DNA from: Nitrospinota bacterium
GTDB taxonomy: Bacteria > Nitrospinota_A > UBA7883 > JACRLM01
Direction: 5' to 3'
Length of the DNA: 64,000 bases
Assembly (NCBI GenBank): GCA_016235255.1
Contig: JACRLM010000066.1
Location: forward strand, 4,179-68,178
The notes beneath the pieces were generated by a model. The model did no database searches. It was not told the origin of the DNA and saw nothing but the letters and a program-made list of their open reading frames with translations. Shown piece after piece: positions 35,093 through 46,000 of this stretch. A program made the translations under genes and the position numbers. How positions within the stretch are numbered: position 1 is the first letter of the stretch; each line of letters opens with the position of its first letter.

Positions 35093-38000
35093 CAGGGGCG
35101 CAAGCGGGAGGACATCCGGAATACTCCGGAAAGGTTGCGGTGACAGGCATGGCGCTTCGCATGCCCGGGGCCAATACTCCGGCGGAGTTCTGGGCGAACA
35201 TCTGCGACGGGAAGGACTGCATAACGGCATTCAGCCGGGAGGCGCTTATCCAAGCGGGGGTCAAGCCCGCGATAGTGGACAATCCGGACTACGTCCGCTC
35301 CAAAGGGATTATTGATGCGGTCGAAATGTTCGACGCGGCCTTTTTCGGATATTCCCCCCGCGAGGCGGAGCTTATGGACCCGCAGGGGAGGATATTCCTG
35401 GAATGCGCGTGGGAAGCGATGGAAGACGCCGGATACGCCCCCGGCTCGTTCCATGGCGCGGCGGGCGTCTTCGCCGGGGCGGGGATGAACACATACCTTG
35501 CCAGCAACGTATATCCGTGCGCGGACCTTTCGGAAACTTCGGCCATGTACCTTGCCATGACCGGCAACTCAAACGACTTTCTGGCCACCCGGGTCTGCTA
35601 CGCCATGAACTTCACCGGGCCGGGAGTCACCGTGCAGACCGCATGCTCCACGTCGCTTGTGGCGGCGCACATGGCCTGCCAGAGCCTTTTGGGAATGGAG
35701 TGCGACATGGCGCTGGCCGGCGGCGTGGCGATAAGGACTCCGTACATCGCCGGGTACATGTACCAGGAGGGGATGATCCTCTCCCCGGACGGCAAATGCC
35801 GCGCCTTCGACGCGAAGGCCAAAGGGACCGTGCCTGGCTCCGGCGCCGGGGTGGTGGTCTTAAAAAGGCTGGAGGACGCCATAGCGGATGGCGACCGGAT
35901 ATACGCTGTGATATCAGGCTCCGCCATAAACAACGACGGATCGGCAAAGGCGGGCTACACGGCGCCGGGGGTGGAGGGGCAGTCCTCCGTTATCCGGGAG
36001 GCGCACGCCGTGGCGGGGATCGAGCCTTCGTCCATTACATATGTGGAGACCCACGGGACAGGGACGACGGTGGGAGACCCGATAGAGATATCGGCCCTGA
36101 ACATTGCCTTCGGCGCTGGCGCCGGCAAAAGGGGATGCGCCATAGGGTCGGTGAAATCGAACATCGGCCATCTGGACGCGGCGGCGGGAGTGGCCGGGCT
36201 TATAAAGACGGCGCTGGCGCTTCACAACAGGAAAATCCCCCCCAGCGCGCATTTTAATACGCCGAACCCGGCCATAGATTTTTCCTCCGGGCCGTTCTAC
36301 ATGAACACTTCACTTTGCGGCTGGATTTCAGCAAACGGCGCTCCAAGGCGCGCCGGAGTGAGCTCATTTGGCGTTGGGGGGACCAACGCCCACATGGTAT
36401 TGGAGGAGGCGCCGCAAGGGGCCGTTTCAGGCCCTTCACGGCCATTGCAGGTGATCACCGTGTCCGCCCGGAGTTCCGAGGCCCTTGCCCGGGCATGTTC
36501 AAACCTTGCGGACAGGTTCCGCGATGAACCTTCAATCTCGCTTCCGGACGCGGCGTACACGCAGGCCGCCGGCCGCAAGATTTTTGGGCACAGGAGGGCG
36601 TTGGTGTGCGGATCGGCGATGGAAGCTGCGGACGCGCTTGAACAGGCCGCAAACGGGCCGGGGGTGGAATCCGTTGATGACGCAGACATACCGATAGTCC
36701 TGATGTTCCCCGGCCAGGGGGCGCAGCATGTGGACATGGGGCGCAAGCTGTACGAAGCGGAGCCTGTTTTCCGGGAGGCGATGGACCGGTGCTTTGCGAT
36801 ACTGAAAAAAACGGCGGGGTTCGATCTGCGCGGCGTCATGCATCCGGAACGGGCGACACCGGAAGCGGCGGAGCTTATCAACAAAACGGAATACGCACAG
36901 CCCGCCCTTTTCGCCACTGGATACGCTCTCGCGGAATTGTGGGCCGAATGGGGCGCAAAGCCTTCGGCGATGATCGGCCACAGCGTGGGCGAGTACGTGG
37001 CGGCATGTATCGCCGGAGTGTTCCCGCTGGAAGAGGCGCTGCCGCTTGTGGCCGGACGCGGCAGGCTGATGGGGAGCATGGAGCCGGGGGCTATGGCGGC
37101 GGTGATGGCCGGGGAAGATGCGGCGCGCGCCGGGCTTATGGACGGACTTTCCATTGCGGCGGTGAACGCTCCGGAGGCCTGTGTGGTGTCCGGGCCGGAG
37201 AAGTCGGTGAAAGCTTATATGGATGCCGCCGCGAGGGACGGACTTGCATGCGCTCCGCTCCACGTGTCCCACGCATTCCATTCGGCGATGATGGAGCCAG
37301 CCGCGGCGCCTCTTTGCGATCTGGCCGGAAAGCTGAAACTTAACGCGCCAACTATTCCATTCGTATCCAACGTCACCGGCGGTTGGATCACCCCGGCCCA
37401 GGCGCAAGACCCCGGATACTGGGGGACGCATCTTATGAAGACCGTGATGTTCGGCGGCGGGATCGCCACAATCGCCGGCAAATTAAAAAACGCCGTTTTC
37501 ATCGATGCGGGGGCTGGCCGGACGCTTTGCTCCCTTGCGGCCAGGAACATCGGACCTGCCGCCGGATTTGCCATTATCCCTTCCATGCCCCATCCGAAGG
37601 ACGGAAAGGATGGCCACAGGTTCATTCTCGAAGCGCTCGCAAAAGTGTGGCAGGCGGGGGGCGGGGTGGACTGGACCGGTTTTTACAAGGGAGAAAAAAG
37701 ACAAAGGATCGCGCTCCCCACATATCCGTTCGAACGCAAGCGGCACTGGCTCGAACCTGCCGGGCGCGGCGGTGATGCGAAAAGCGGCCGGGCCGATATA
37801 TCAAAATGGCTTTACGCCCCGTCGTGGACCCCATCTTTGCCGCCCGTCATCGGAAATGAACGTGCGCCGGAGCTTTGCGTTGTTTTCGGCGCCGCCGGAT
37901 TGGGCGAGGATTTAATAAAGAATTTTAGCGCCGCAGGCCGCAAGACAATCTTCGTTACAACCGGCGATGGTTATGCGGAAAACGCCGGCGGATCATACAC

Positions 38001-39615
38001 GGTCAATCCAGCGTCCAAAGATGATTACGTAAAACTGTTTTCGAGAATCCAGCCGGACGGCGGGATTCTCGTCGCGCACACGTGGCTTGCCGAAGAGACA
38101 GACGGTGAGGAAGCTGATTTAAAGCTTGGCTACTACAGCCTTCTTGGCATCGTCCAGGCGCTGGACGAAACCGGAATTATTGGGCGCGCATCCGTGTGCG
38201 TTGTGACGCGCGGAGTTTTCGATGTGACCGGTAAAGAAGACATCCACCCCGCCCGTGCGGCGGTATTAGGCCCGATTTTGAGCGCCCCCAGGGAATATCC
38301 CGGACTGACCACCAGATGCGTGGACATCGGCGGCGTGAGACCAGATGTTGAAAGTATCGCGCGCGAAATCCTCCACGGGCATGGGCAAGTGGCGGCCATA
38401 CGGGATGGAAGAGGCTGGACGCAAGGATTATCCCCGGTTCCGCTTTCATCAAAATCAATCCAACCTCTCCGGGAAGGCGGGGTGTATGTGATAACCGGAG
38501 GGCTGGGGGCCATCGGCCATGCGCTGGCTGTGCGGATGGCCAAAACAGCGCGGGTGAAGCTGGCGCTTATCGTCCGCTCGCCGCTGCCGCCGAGGGAACA
38601 ATGGGCTGCTTATTCGGACGGTCATCCACTGGGCGATCCTGTATCGCTAAAAATCGCCAGGGCGATGGAGATTGAAAAACTGGCGGAGCGGACGCTTGTG
38701 ATCGCGGCGGACATGGGGGATGAAAAGGTTGTTGCCGATGCGTTGGCCAAAGTGGAAAAATATCTGGGCGCGGTCAACGGGGTGGTCCATTGCGCCGGGG
38801 AGACCGGTGAGATATCGCTTAAGACCCTAAGCCAGACAGATTTTCAGATCAGCGAGGCCAACTTCGCCCCAAAGGGGCGCGGTGCGTTGGCCATAGAAAA
38901 AGCGTTGCGGGGCAAGAATCCCGATTTTTGCGTGTTGATGTCGTCATTGGCCTCCATGACAGGCGGCGTGGGCTTTACCGCGTACTCGGCGGCGAACGCA
39001 TATATGGACGCGGTGGCTGTGAAGGCCGGCCGCGAATCGGCCGCGCGGTGGATCACGATCAACTGGGACGGCTGGCGCCATTCCGCCGGAAAAGTGTTGG
39101 GTGGAATCGGAAACGCCGAGGCGGAGAGCCTTTTGATATCGCCGGACGAAGGAGTGTATCTGTTTTTTAAAATAGTGGCCGATCCCTGGTCTGCAAGGAT
39201 GGTGGTGTCCGTTGTCAATCTGGCGGAAAGGGACGAAATAATTGGCGGGATGCGAAAGCGTGCCTTCACGCACACTGCCGTGGCGCAAAACGGGAATGGC
39301 CGCAAAACCGCAACGCATCCGCCACGCAACGAGGTGGAAAAAAGCCTGGCACTGATGTGGACGAACCTTCTGGGAGTGGAGACGGTGGGGATCCACGACG
39401 ATTTTTTCGAGATGGGAGGCCATTCGCTGCTGGCCACTCAGATCATATCAAGGGTAAAAAAGGAATTTGGCGTGGAATGCCCGCAGTCGGCCATTTTCCA
39501 GTACCCAACAGTGGCCAGGCTGGCCGGGACGATAAGCGGAATGCAACTGGCGGAGAAGCTTGCCGGAGTTGAAACCGGCGATCCGCCTGCCGCCAGGGAA
39601 GAGATGGAACTGTGA
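35089..39615 (+). CDS. PKS module KS-AT-KR-ACP (malonyl-type AT)
   Basis: - KS: QTACSTSLVAAHMA, ETHGTGT, NIGHLDAAAG.
- AT: GHSVGEY plus the HAFH motif, malonyl-CoA type.
- KR: VITGGLGAIGHALA ... YSAANAYMDA.
- ACP: FFEMGGHSLLATQI.
The start overlaps the upstream stop (ATGA). Confidence 0.93.
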   Translation: MTGAQAGGHPEYSGKVAVTGMALRMPGANTPAEFWANICDGKDCITAFSREALIQAGVKPAIVDNPDYVRSKGIIDAVEMFDAAFFGYSPREAELMDPQGRIFLECAWEAMEDAGYAPGSFHGAAGVFAGAGMNTYLASNVYPCADLSETSAMYLAMTGNSNDFLATRVCYAMNFTGPGVTVQTACSTSLVAAHMACQSLLGMECDMALAGGVAIRTPYIAGYMYQEGMILSPDGKCRAFDAKAKGTVPGSGAGVVVLKRLEDAIADGDRIYAVISGSAINNDGSAKAGYTAPGVEGQSSVIREAHAVAGIEPSSITYVETHGTGTTVGDPIEISALNIAFGAGAGKRGCAIGSVKSNIGHLDAAAGVAGLIKTALALHNRKIPPSAHFNTPNPAIDFSSGPFYMNTSLCGWISANGAPRRAGVSSFGVGGTNAHMVLEEAPQGAVSGPSRPLQVITVSARSSEALARACSNLADRFRDEPSISLPDAAYTQAAGRKIFGHRRALVCGSAMEAADALEQAANGPGVESVDDADIPIVLMFPGQGAQHVDMGRKLYEAEPVFREAMDRCFAILKKTAGFDLRGVMHPERATPEAAELINKTEYAQPALFATGYALAELWAEWGAKPSAMIGHSVGEYVAACIAGVFPLEEALPLVAGRGRLMGSMEPGAMAAVMAGEDAARAGLMDGLSIAAVNAPEACVVSGPEKSVKAYMDAAARDGLACAPLHVSHAFHSAMMEPAAAPLCDLAGKLKLNAPTIPFVSNVTGGWITPAQAQDPGYWGTHLMKTVMFGGGIATIAGKLKNAVFIDAGAGRTLCSLAARNIGPAAGFAIIPSMPHPKDGKDGHRFILEALAKVWQAGGGVDWTGFYKGEKRQRIALPTYPFERKRHWLEPAGRGGDAKSGRADISKWLYAPSWTPSLPPVIGNERAPELCVVFGAAGLGEDLIKNFSAAGRKTIFVTTGDGYAENAGGSYTVNPASKDDYVKLFSRIQPDGGILVAHTWLAEETDGEEADLKLGYYSLLGIVQALDETGIIGRASVCVVTRGVFDVTGKEDIHPARAAVLGPILSAPREYPGLTTRCVDIGGVRPDVESIAREILHGHGQVAAIRDGRGWTQGLSPVPLSSKSIQPLREGGVYVITGGLGAIGHALAVRMAKTARVKLALIVRSPLPPREQWAAYSDGHPLGDPVSLKIARAMEIEKLAERTLVIAADMGDEKVVADALAKVEKYLGAVNGVVHCAGETGEISLKTLSQTDFQISEANFAPKGRGALAIEKALRGKNPDFCVLMSSLASMTGGVGFTAYSAANAYMDAVAVKAGRESAARWITINWDGWRHSAGKVLGGIGNAEAESLLISPDEGVYLFFKIVADPWSARMVVSVVNLAERDEIIGGMRKRAFTHTAVAQNGNGRKTATHPPRNEVEKSLALMWTNLLGVETVGIHDDFFEMGGHSLLATQIISRVKKEFGVECPQSAIFQYPTVARLAGTISGMQLAEKLAGVETGDPPAAREEMEL

Positions 39616-42600
39616 GCGTAAAAGAGCTTTTGGAAAAACTCGGCGGGCTGGACGTGCGAGTGCGCGCGGACGGCGGCAGGCTTAAGATAAGCGCGCCGGA
39701 AGGGACGCTCACGGAAATGCTGCGCGGGGAGATCGCCGGACGCAAGGGGGAGATAATCGCCTTTCTGGCGGAAGCGGCGGGAACCCGCAAGAGCTCCAGT
39801 ATCGTCCGCGTCCCACGCGAGGGCCGGATTCCGCTCTCCTCGGCGCAAAGACGGCTGTGGTTCATGGACAGGATGGAGGGGCCCGGCGCGGCGTACAACA
39901 TGCCAGCGGCCTTTAAGCTGACCGGCCGGTTTGACGAAGCGGCGTTTTTCAAGGCGGTGGACGCGATAGTAATGCGCCATGAGACGTTAAGGACGGCGTT
40001 CCCATCGGAAGACGGCGAGCCGTACCAGAATATTCAGGGCGCGAGCAGGGCTCCTGTGGCATATGACGATCTTACGGCGCTGCCGCATGAAGAGCGGGAG
40101 GCGAAAGCATTGCGCTCGATAAAAGAACTGACCGCAAGGCCTTTTGACCTTTCCGAGGGGCCGCTTCTGCGGACACACCTGATTAGGACAGGCGAGGATG
40201 AAAGATACCTGGCCTTTTCGATAAGCCATATCGTTTCCGACGGATGGTCGGCCGGGGTCTTCACGCGGGAGATTGAATGGCTGTACGAAGAGCATCTTTG
40301 CGGACGCGGCGCCGGGCTGCCGGAGCTTGAGGTCCAATATGCCGATTATTCGGCGTGGGAACGCGTGGAACTCGCGGAAGGAAAACTCATGCGGCAGGTG
40401 GAGTATTGGCGCGAGACCCTTGCAGGAGCCCCGCCGTCGCTAAACCTTCCGGCGGACAAGGCGCGGCCGGCCATTCAAAGCTCGCGCGGCAGGACCATTG
40501 GCTTTGCGATAGGGGACGATGTACGCGCAAGCCTGGCGAGGATATCCGCCCGGAGCGGCTCCACGATGTTCATGACCCTGGCGGCGGCATACGCCGTCAC
40601 GATGGGCCGTCTTTCAGGGCAGGAGAGCGTGGTGATCGGCGTTCCCGCGGCGAACCGGAACACGCCGGAGTTGGAGGGGATGATCGGCCTTTTCGCCAAC
40701 ACACTTCCGTTATGGATAAAACTGGACGGCAATCCGTCTTTCACAACTCTGTTGGAACGCGCCAGGCTTGCCGCCATCGGGATGTTTGAGAACAGCGAAG
40801 CTCCTTTTGAAAGCCTGGTTGCCGCGTTGAATCCGGAAAGGGATTTGAGCCGCAACCCGATAGCCCAGACCCTTTTCGCCCTGCACAAGTCGCCCCGGCA
40901 CTCCATGTTTCCGGAGCTTAATTTCCCAGGCGTGAAATCGGACACTGTGGAGATCGAAAACGAGCATGTGCGGTACGACGTGGAAACGCACATGTGGGAG
41001 ACCGGCGGCGGGATAGGCGGGCTTCTTATGTACAACACGGGCATTTTTAATGAATCCACCGCACGGAGGCTGGCGGCCCGATACGTAATGCTGGCCGAAT
41101 CAATAGCCGCCGATCCGGAGAAGCGGATATACGACTACGGCCTGCTGACGGCTGAGGAGATAACGCTTGTCTCGGATTGGGGAGGGACTGTGTCCGCCAA
41201 TCCCGCGGGGACTGTCCATGGACTGTTTGAAAAAATCGCGGAGCAAAAGCCGGACGCGGCGGCGGTGATATCAGGCGATGAGACAGTCAACTATGCTCAA
41301 CTAAATAGCCGGGCCGATGCGCTGGCCGTAAGGTTGGCCGCCGCTGGCGCGGGGCGCGGGGCGGCCGTTGGGATATTCATGGAGCGCGGGGCCGGTATGG
41401 TGGCGGCGCTTTTGGGCGCGCTGAAATCCGGCGCGGCTTATGTGCCGGTGGACCCGTCGTACCCGAAAGAGCGGGTGGAGTTCATGCTCGCCGATTCGGG
41501 GATCCGCGCCGTGGTCACGAGCGCCGCGCTGGCCTCTTCACTTCCAGCCGGTGATTTTAGCGTTGTGACGATGGAAGGATTGTCCGGCGCCGTGGCGGCC
41601 GAAGAGGATCGCCCCGCTGAAAAAATATCGTCCGATGATCTGGCGTATATCATCTACACCTCCGGTTCCACAGGCAAGCCCAAGGGAGTGATGGTGACAC
41701 ACTCCAACGTGGTCAACTTCCTTTCGTCCATGGCCGAGGCGCCGGGGATATCGCCGGAGGAGACGGCTCTTGCGGTCACAACAATATCCTTTGATATCGC
41801 GGCGCTGGAGATATTCCTGCCGCTTACATCCGGAGCCCGGGTGGTGATCGCCTCCACCGGGCAGGCGCGGGACGCGGCCAGCCTCATGGCGCTGATGGAA
41901 AAACATTCCGTCACCTTCGCCCAGGCCACGCCGTCCACATGGCGGATGCTCATCGAGGCCGGATGGAACGGCGGGACAGGCCTTAAAGTCCTTTGCGGAG
42001 GCGAGGCCCTTTCAACGGAGCTTGCGGCGAAGCTTCGCGCGCGATCGGGCGCGTTATGGAACATGTACGGACCGACAGAGACCACAATCTGGTCATCCAT
42101 ATATCGCGTGACGGATGCGGACATGGAAGGGGGCGTTGCCACACAACCTGTCGGCAAACCAATCGCCAACACGGTCATGCGGATTCTCGACGCCGTCCTC
42201 AAGCCTGTTCCCATCGGCGCGGCAGGTGAACTTTACATCGGGGGGGCTGGAGTGGCGGCCGGGTACAAAAACAGGCCGGAGCTCACCGCCGAGCGGTTCA
42301 TACCTGATCCATCCGGCGCCACTGGGGCAAAGTTGTACAGAACCGGCGACCTGGCCCGCTACCTCCCCTCCGGGGATATTGAGTATCTGGGCCGCAGTGA
42401 TTTTCAGGTGAAATTCCGGGGACACAGGATCGAGCTTGGCGAGGTGGAATCGGCAGTGGCCTCCGCCCCGGGGGTGGCGCGGGCAGTGGTTGTTGTGCGC
42501 GAGGATGCGCCGGGGGACAAGAGATTGGTGGCGTATGTCACCCCAAGCAAAGCTGAACACGCCGAGGACGCTATAAAGGTGGCCGTGAAAGCGAAGCTGC

Positions 42601-43067
42601 CAGACTACATGGCGCCATCGGTTTATGTTTTCATGGACGATCTGCCGCTAACGCCAAACGGCAAGGTGGACCGCAAGGCGCTTCCCGCGCCGCGGAATAA
42701 ACATCGCGCCCCTTCGGCGGATGCTCGCCCGGCCAACGATCTGGAGCGGGACATGGCCGCCATATGGGGCAGGCTGCTGCAAAAGGAAGACGTGAGCGTA
42801 ACAGACAACCTTTTTGACATCGGAGCGCACTCGTTCTTGATCGTGAAGGCCCAGGCGGTGATAGAAAAAGAACTGGGGATCAGAATGGAGACGATAGAGA
42901 TGTTCCGCAACCCCACCATCCGCTTGCTGGCAAGGCGGCTTGGCGAAGCTTCACCGGGAACGGCCACTTGCGCCACCTTGGATCATTCGTCCACGGCGGA
43001 AAAGAGCAGGGGTGCCATTGCAAGGCAACGGGCGTTGATGAAAAAAATAAGAGGAGCCAATGGCTGA
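39612..43067 (+). CDS. NRPS module: TubC-like N-terminal docking domain - C - A - T
   Basis: - N-terminus: MSVKELLEKLGGLDVRVRADGGRLKISAPEGTLTEMLRGEIAGRKGEIIAFL, a TubC-N-dock-like fold.
- C: SHIVSDGWS.
- A: YTSGSTGKPKG, NMYGPTETT, YRTGD, GRSDFQVKFRGHRIE.
- T: LFDIGAHSFLI. Confidence 0.93.
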   Translation: MSVKELLEKLGGLDVRVRADGGRLKISAPEGTLTEMLRGEIAGRKGEIIAFLAEAAGTRKSSSIVRVPREGRIPLSSAQRRLWFMDRMEGPGAAYNMPAAFKLTGRFDEAAFFKAVDAIVMRHETLRTAFPSEDGEPYQNIQGASRAPVAYDDLTALPHEEREAKALRSIKELTARPFDLSEGPLLRTHLIRTGEDERYLAFSISHIVSDGWSAGVFTREIEWLYEEHLCGRGAGLPELEVQYADYSAWERVELAEGKLMRQVEYWRETLAGAPPSLNLPADKARPAIQSSRGRTIGFAIGDDVRASLARISARSGSTMFMTLAAAYAVTMGRLSGQESVVIGVPAANRNTPELEGMIGLFANTLPLWIKLDGNPSFTTLLERARLAAIGMFENSEAPFESLVAALNPERDLSRNPIAQTLFALHKSPRHSMFPELNFPGVKSDTVEIENEHVRYDVETHMWETGGGIGGLLMYNTGIFNESTARRLAARYVMLAESIAADPEKRIYDYGLLTAEEITLVSDWGGTVSANPAGTVHGLFEKIAEQKPDAAAVISGDETVNYAQLNSRADALAVRLAAAGAGRGAAVGIFMERGAGMVAALLGALKSGAAYVPVDPSYPKERVEFMLADSGIRAVVTSAALASSLPAGDFSVVTMEGLSGAVAAEEDRPAEKISSDDLAYIIYTSGSTGKPKGVMVTHSNVVNFLSSMAEAPGISPEETALAVTTISFDIAALEIFLPLTSGARVVIASTGQARDAASLMALMEKHSVTFAQATPSTWRMLIEAGWNGGTGLKVLCGGEALSTELAAKLRARSGALWNMYGPTETTIWSSIYRVTDADMEGGVATQPVGKPIANTVMRILDAVLKPVPIGAAGELYIGGAGVAAGYKNRPELTAERFIPDPSGATGAKLYRTGDLARYLPSGDIEYLGRSDFQVKFRGHRIELGEVESAVASAPGVARAVVVVREDAPGDKRLVAYVTPSKAEHAEDAIKVAVKAKLPDYMAPSVYVFMDDLPLTPNGKVDRKALPAPRNKHRAPSADARPANDLERDMAAIWGRLLQKEDVSVTDNLFDIGAHSFLIVKAQAVIEKELGIRMETIEMFRNPTIRLLARRLGEASPGTATCATLDHSSTAEKSRGAIARQRALMKKIRGANG

Positions 43068-46000
43068 TAAGTACGAGCAGACGGGGCTTGAGCCTATCGC
43101 GGTGGTGGGGATGGCCATGCGCTATCCCGGCGCCGCCACAGCCGAAGGATTCTGGGCGAATCTGCGCAACGGGGTGGAGTCCGTCCGGCGTTTCACCGAT
43201 GAGCAGCTTGCCGCCGCTGGAGTGGCCCCGAAGCTTGTGAAAGATCCTCGGTATGTGAAGGCGCGCGCGGTGCTGGACGGGATAGACATGTTCGACGCCT
43301 CTTTTTTCGGATTCACGGAGTTGGAGGCGCGCCAGACGGACCCGCAGCACAGGCTGTTTCTCGAATGCGCGTGGGAGGCGATGGAGGACGCGGGGTATGA
43401 CTCCACCAAGTACTCCGGAAGGATCGGCGTTTTCGGCGGGTGCGGGTTCAACTCCTACCTTGCTCTAAACTTGTCCGAGGGACTCGATGCCGGCGATCCG
43501 GCCGGGGCCTATGGGCTTTACATTGGCAACGACAAGGATTTCCTGTCCACGCGCGTGGCGTACAAATTAAACCTCACGGGGCCGGCCGTCACCGTGAACA
43601 GCGCGTGCTCCACCTCCCTTGTGGCGGTCCATTTGGCCTGCCAGAGCCTTCTTTCATACCAGTGCGACATGGCGCTGGCCGGAGGCTCCTCTGTCAACGC
43701 CCGGCAGATGGAAGGGTACCTTTACGAGGAGGGGATGATTTTAAGCCCAGACGGCCATTGCAGGGCCTTTGACGCAAAAAGCTCCGGCATCGTGCCGGGA
43801 AGCGGGACGGGGATCGTCGCGCTCAAACGGCTGGAGGACGCGCTGCGCGACGGCGACACGGTGAACGCGGTGATATTGGGCTCCGCGGTGAACAACGACG
43901 GCGCCGTGAAGGCCGGGTACACCGCCCCCAGCGTGGACGGGCAGGCGAAAGTGATAAGCGAGGCCATCGCCATCGCCGGGGTCGAGCCTGAGACCATAAG
44001 TTATGTGGAGGCGCACGGCACCGGTACGCCGATGGGCGACCCGATAGAGATCGCGGCGCTCACGCAGGCTTTTGGGACCGGGAAAAAAGCATATTGCGCC
44101 ATAGGTTCGGTGAAGACTAACATCGGCCACACCGACACGGCGGCGGGGGTGGCCGGACTGATCAAGACCGCGCTGGCGCTTAAAAACCGCGAAATCCCGC
44201 CAAGCCTGAACTACACGGCTCCAAACCCGGCGATTGATTTTGCGAACGGGCCGTTTTTCGTGAACGCCAGATTGCGCCCGTGGGAAGCATTGACCGGGCC
44301 GCGCAGGGCCGGTGTAAGCTCGTTGGGGATAGGGGGGACGAACGCCCATGTGATCATGGAGCAGGCTCCGGCGCAAAGGGATGCGGGAAAATCGCGCAAA
44401 TACTATCTTGCCCCCATGTCCGCCAAAACCGGCAAAGCCCTTGAGACGATGCAAGGCGCCATTGCGGAACGGTTGTCCGCCAATCACGTGCCCATCCAGG
44501 ACGCGGCGTACACCCTTGGCGTGGGCCGCAGGGATTTTGCGGACCGCTCGGCGGTGGTGTGCGCGGGAGCGGATGACGCGGCGCGAAAGTTGAAAAGCGG
44601 CGCGGTCATCACAGGCGAGGCGGGAAGCGGGGCTCGGCCTGTTGTCTTCATGTTCCCGGGGCAGGGGGCGCAAAGCGCGAACATGGCGCGGGGACTGTAT
44701 GAAACGGAGCCTGTGTTCAGGTACGCCATGGACGAATGTTTTGCGATCCTGAGCGGCGTGATGGACACCGATCTTAAATCCATACTCTACCCGTCTCCGG
44801 GCATGGAAGCCGAGGCGGCGTGCCAGCTGACTCGCACAAAATACGCCCAACCGGCCCTTTTCGCGGTATGCCGTTCGCTTGCCGTGGTGTGGAGGAAATG
44901 GGGCGTGACGCCATGCTGCTCCATCGGGCATAGCGTGGGGGAATATGTGAGCGCGCATCTTGCCGGGGTGTTTTCGCTGGAGGACGCGCTAAAACTTGTT
45001 GCGGCGCGGGGAAGGGTCATCGAAAAACAGCCCGGGGGCGCCATGACGGCGGTGTTCATGGACGAGCGGGACATCGCGGGGATCGTCAATGGCGAAATCT
45101 CTATCGCCGCAGTGAACGCGCAGGACGTTTGCGTGCTCTCCGGCCCGGTGGCGGCCGTGGAGCGGATTGAGGCGCAGTTCGGATCGCGCTCGATCTCGTT
45201 CAAAAGGCTCCACACCTCGCACGCGTTCCACTCGGCGATGATGGAGCCTGCGGTGGCGGAGTTTGAAAAAATCGTCCGCGATATGAAGCTTGACGCTCCG
45301 CGCTTTGCGTTCATCTCCAACGTCACGGGAACCTGGATCACCAAAGAGGACGCGGTTGATCCTGCGTACTGGTCGAAACATATCCGGGCAACGGTGCGCT
45401 TCTCCGGGGGAGTGCGGGAAATAATGAAAAAGTACGAAGACGCGGCGTTCCTTGAGGCCGGGCCGGGCCGGACGCTCTCGGGCCTCGTTTCGCGGCACGG
45501 CGCGAAGTTGTCCGTGGCGTGCCTGCCTCATCCCGGCGAGGAGGTGGACGATGTGGAGAAGGCGCTGGACGCGTTGGGGCGCCTTTGGGTGAATGGCGCC
45601 CGGGTGGACTGGCAAGGATTTAATGAAGGCCGGGAGGGGTGCCGCGTGAGCTTGCCGAAATATCCATTCGAGAAAAGACCCTATTGGGCCGGAGGCAAGG
45701 CATCCGGCCATGCGAAAGCGGCGCTGGTGAAGGAAACCGACATGTCGCGCTGGTTTTACGTCCCCTCTTGGAAGCGGACTCCTTCTTCGCCAAAGCAGGA
45801 AGGAACGGGCGACATCCTTGTATTCACGGACAGGGAAGGGAGCGGCGCTTTCCTTGCCGCCCGGCTGGCGGAGCGCGGGATGAGGGTGACCACCGTATAT
45901 GGCGGCGAAGCTTACGAGGCGGGCGATGGACATTTCACGGTGCGGCCCGATTCGCCGGAGGATTGCCGGAAACTGTTCGGGGCGCTCGGAACGGTCCCCG

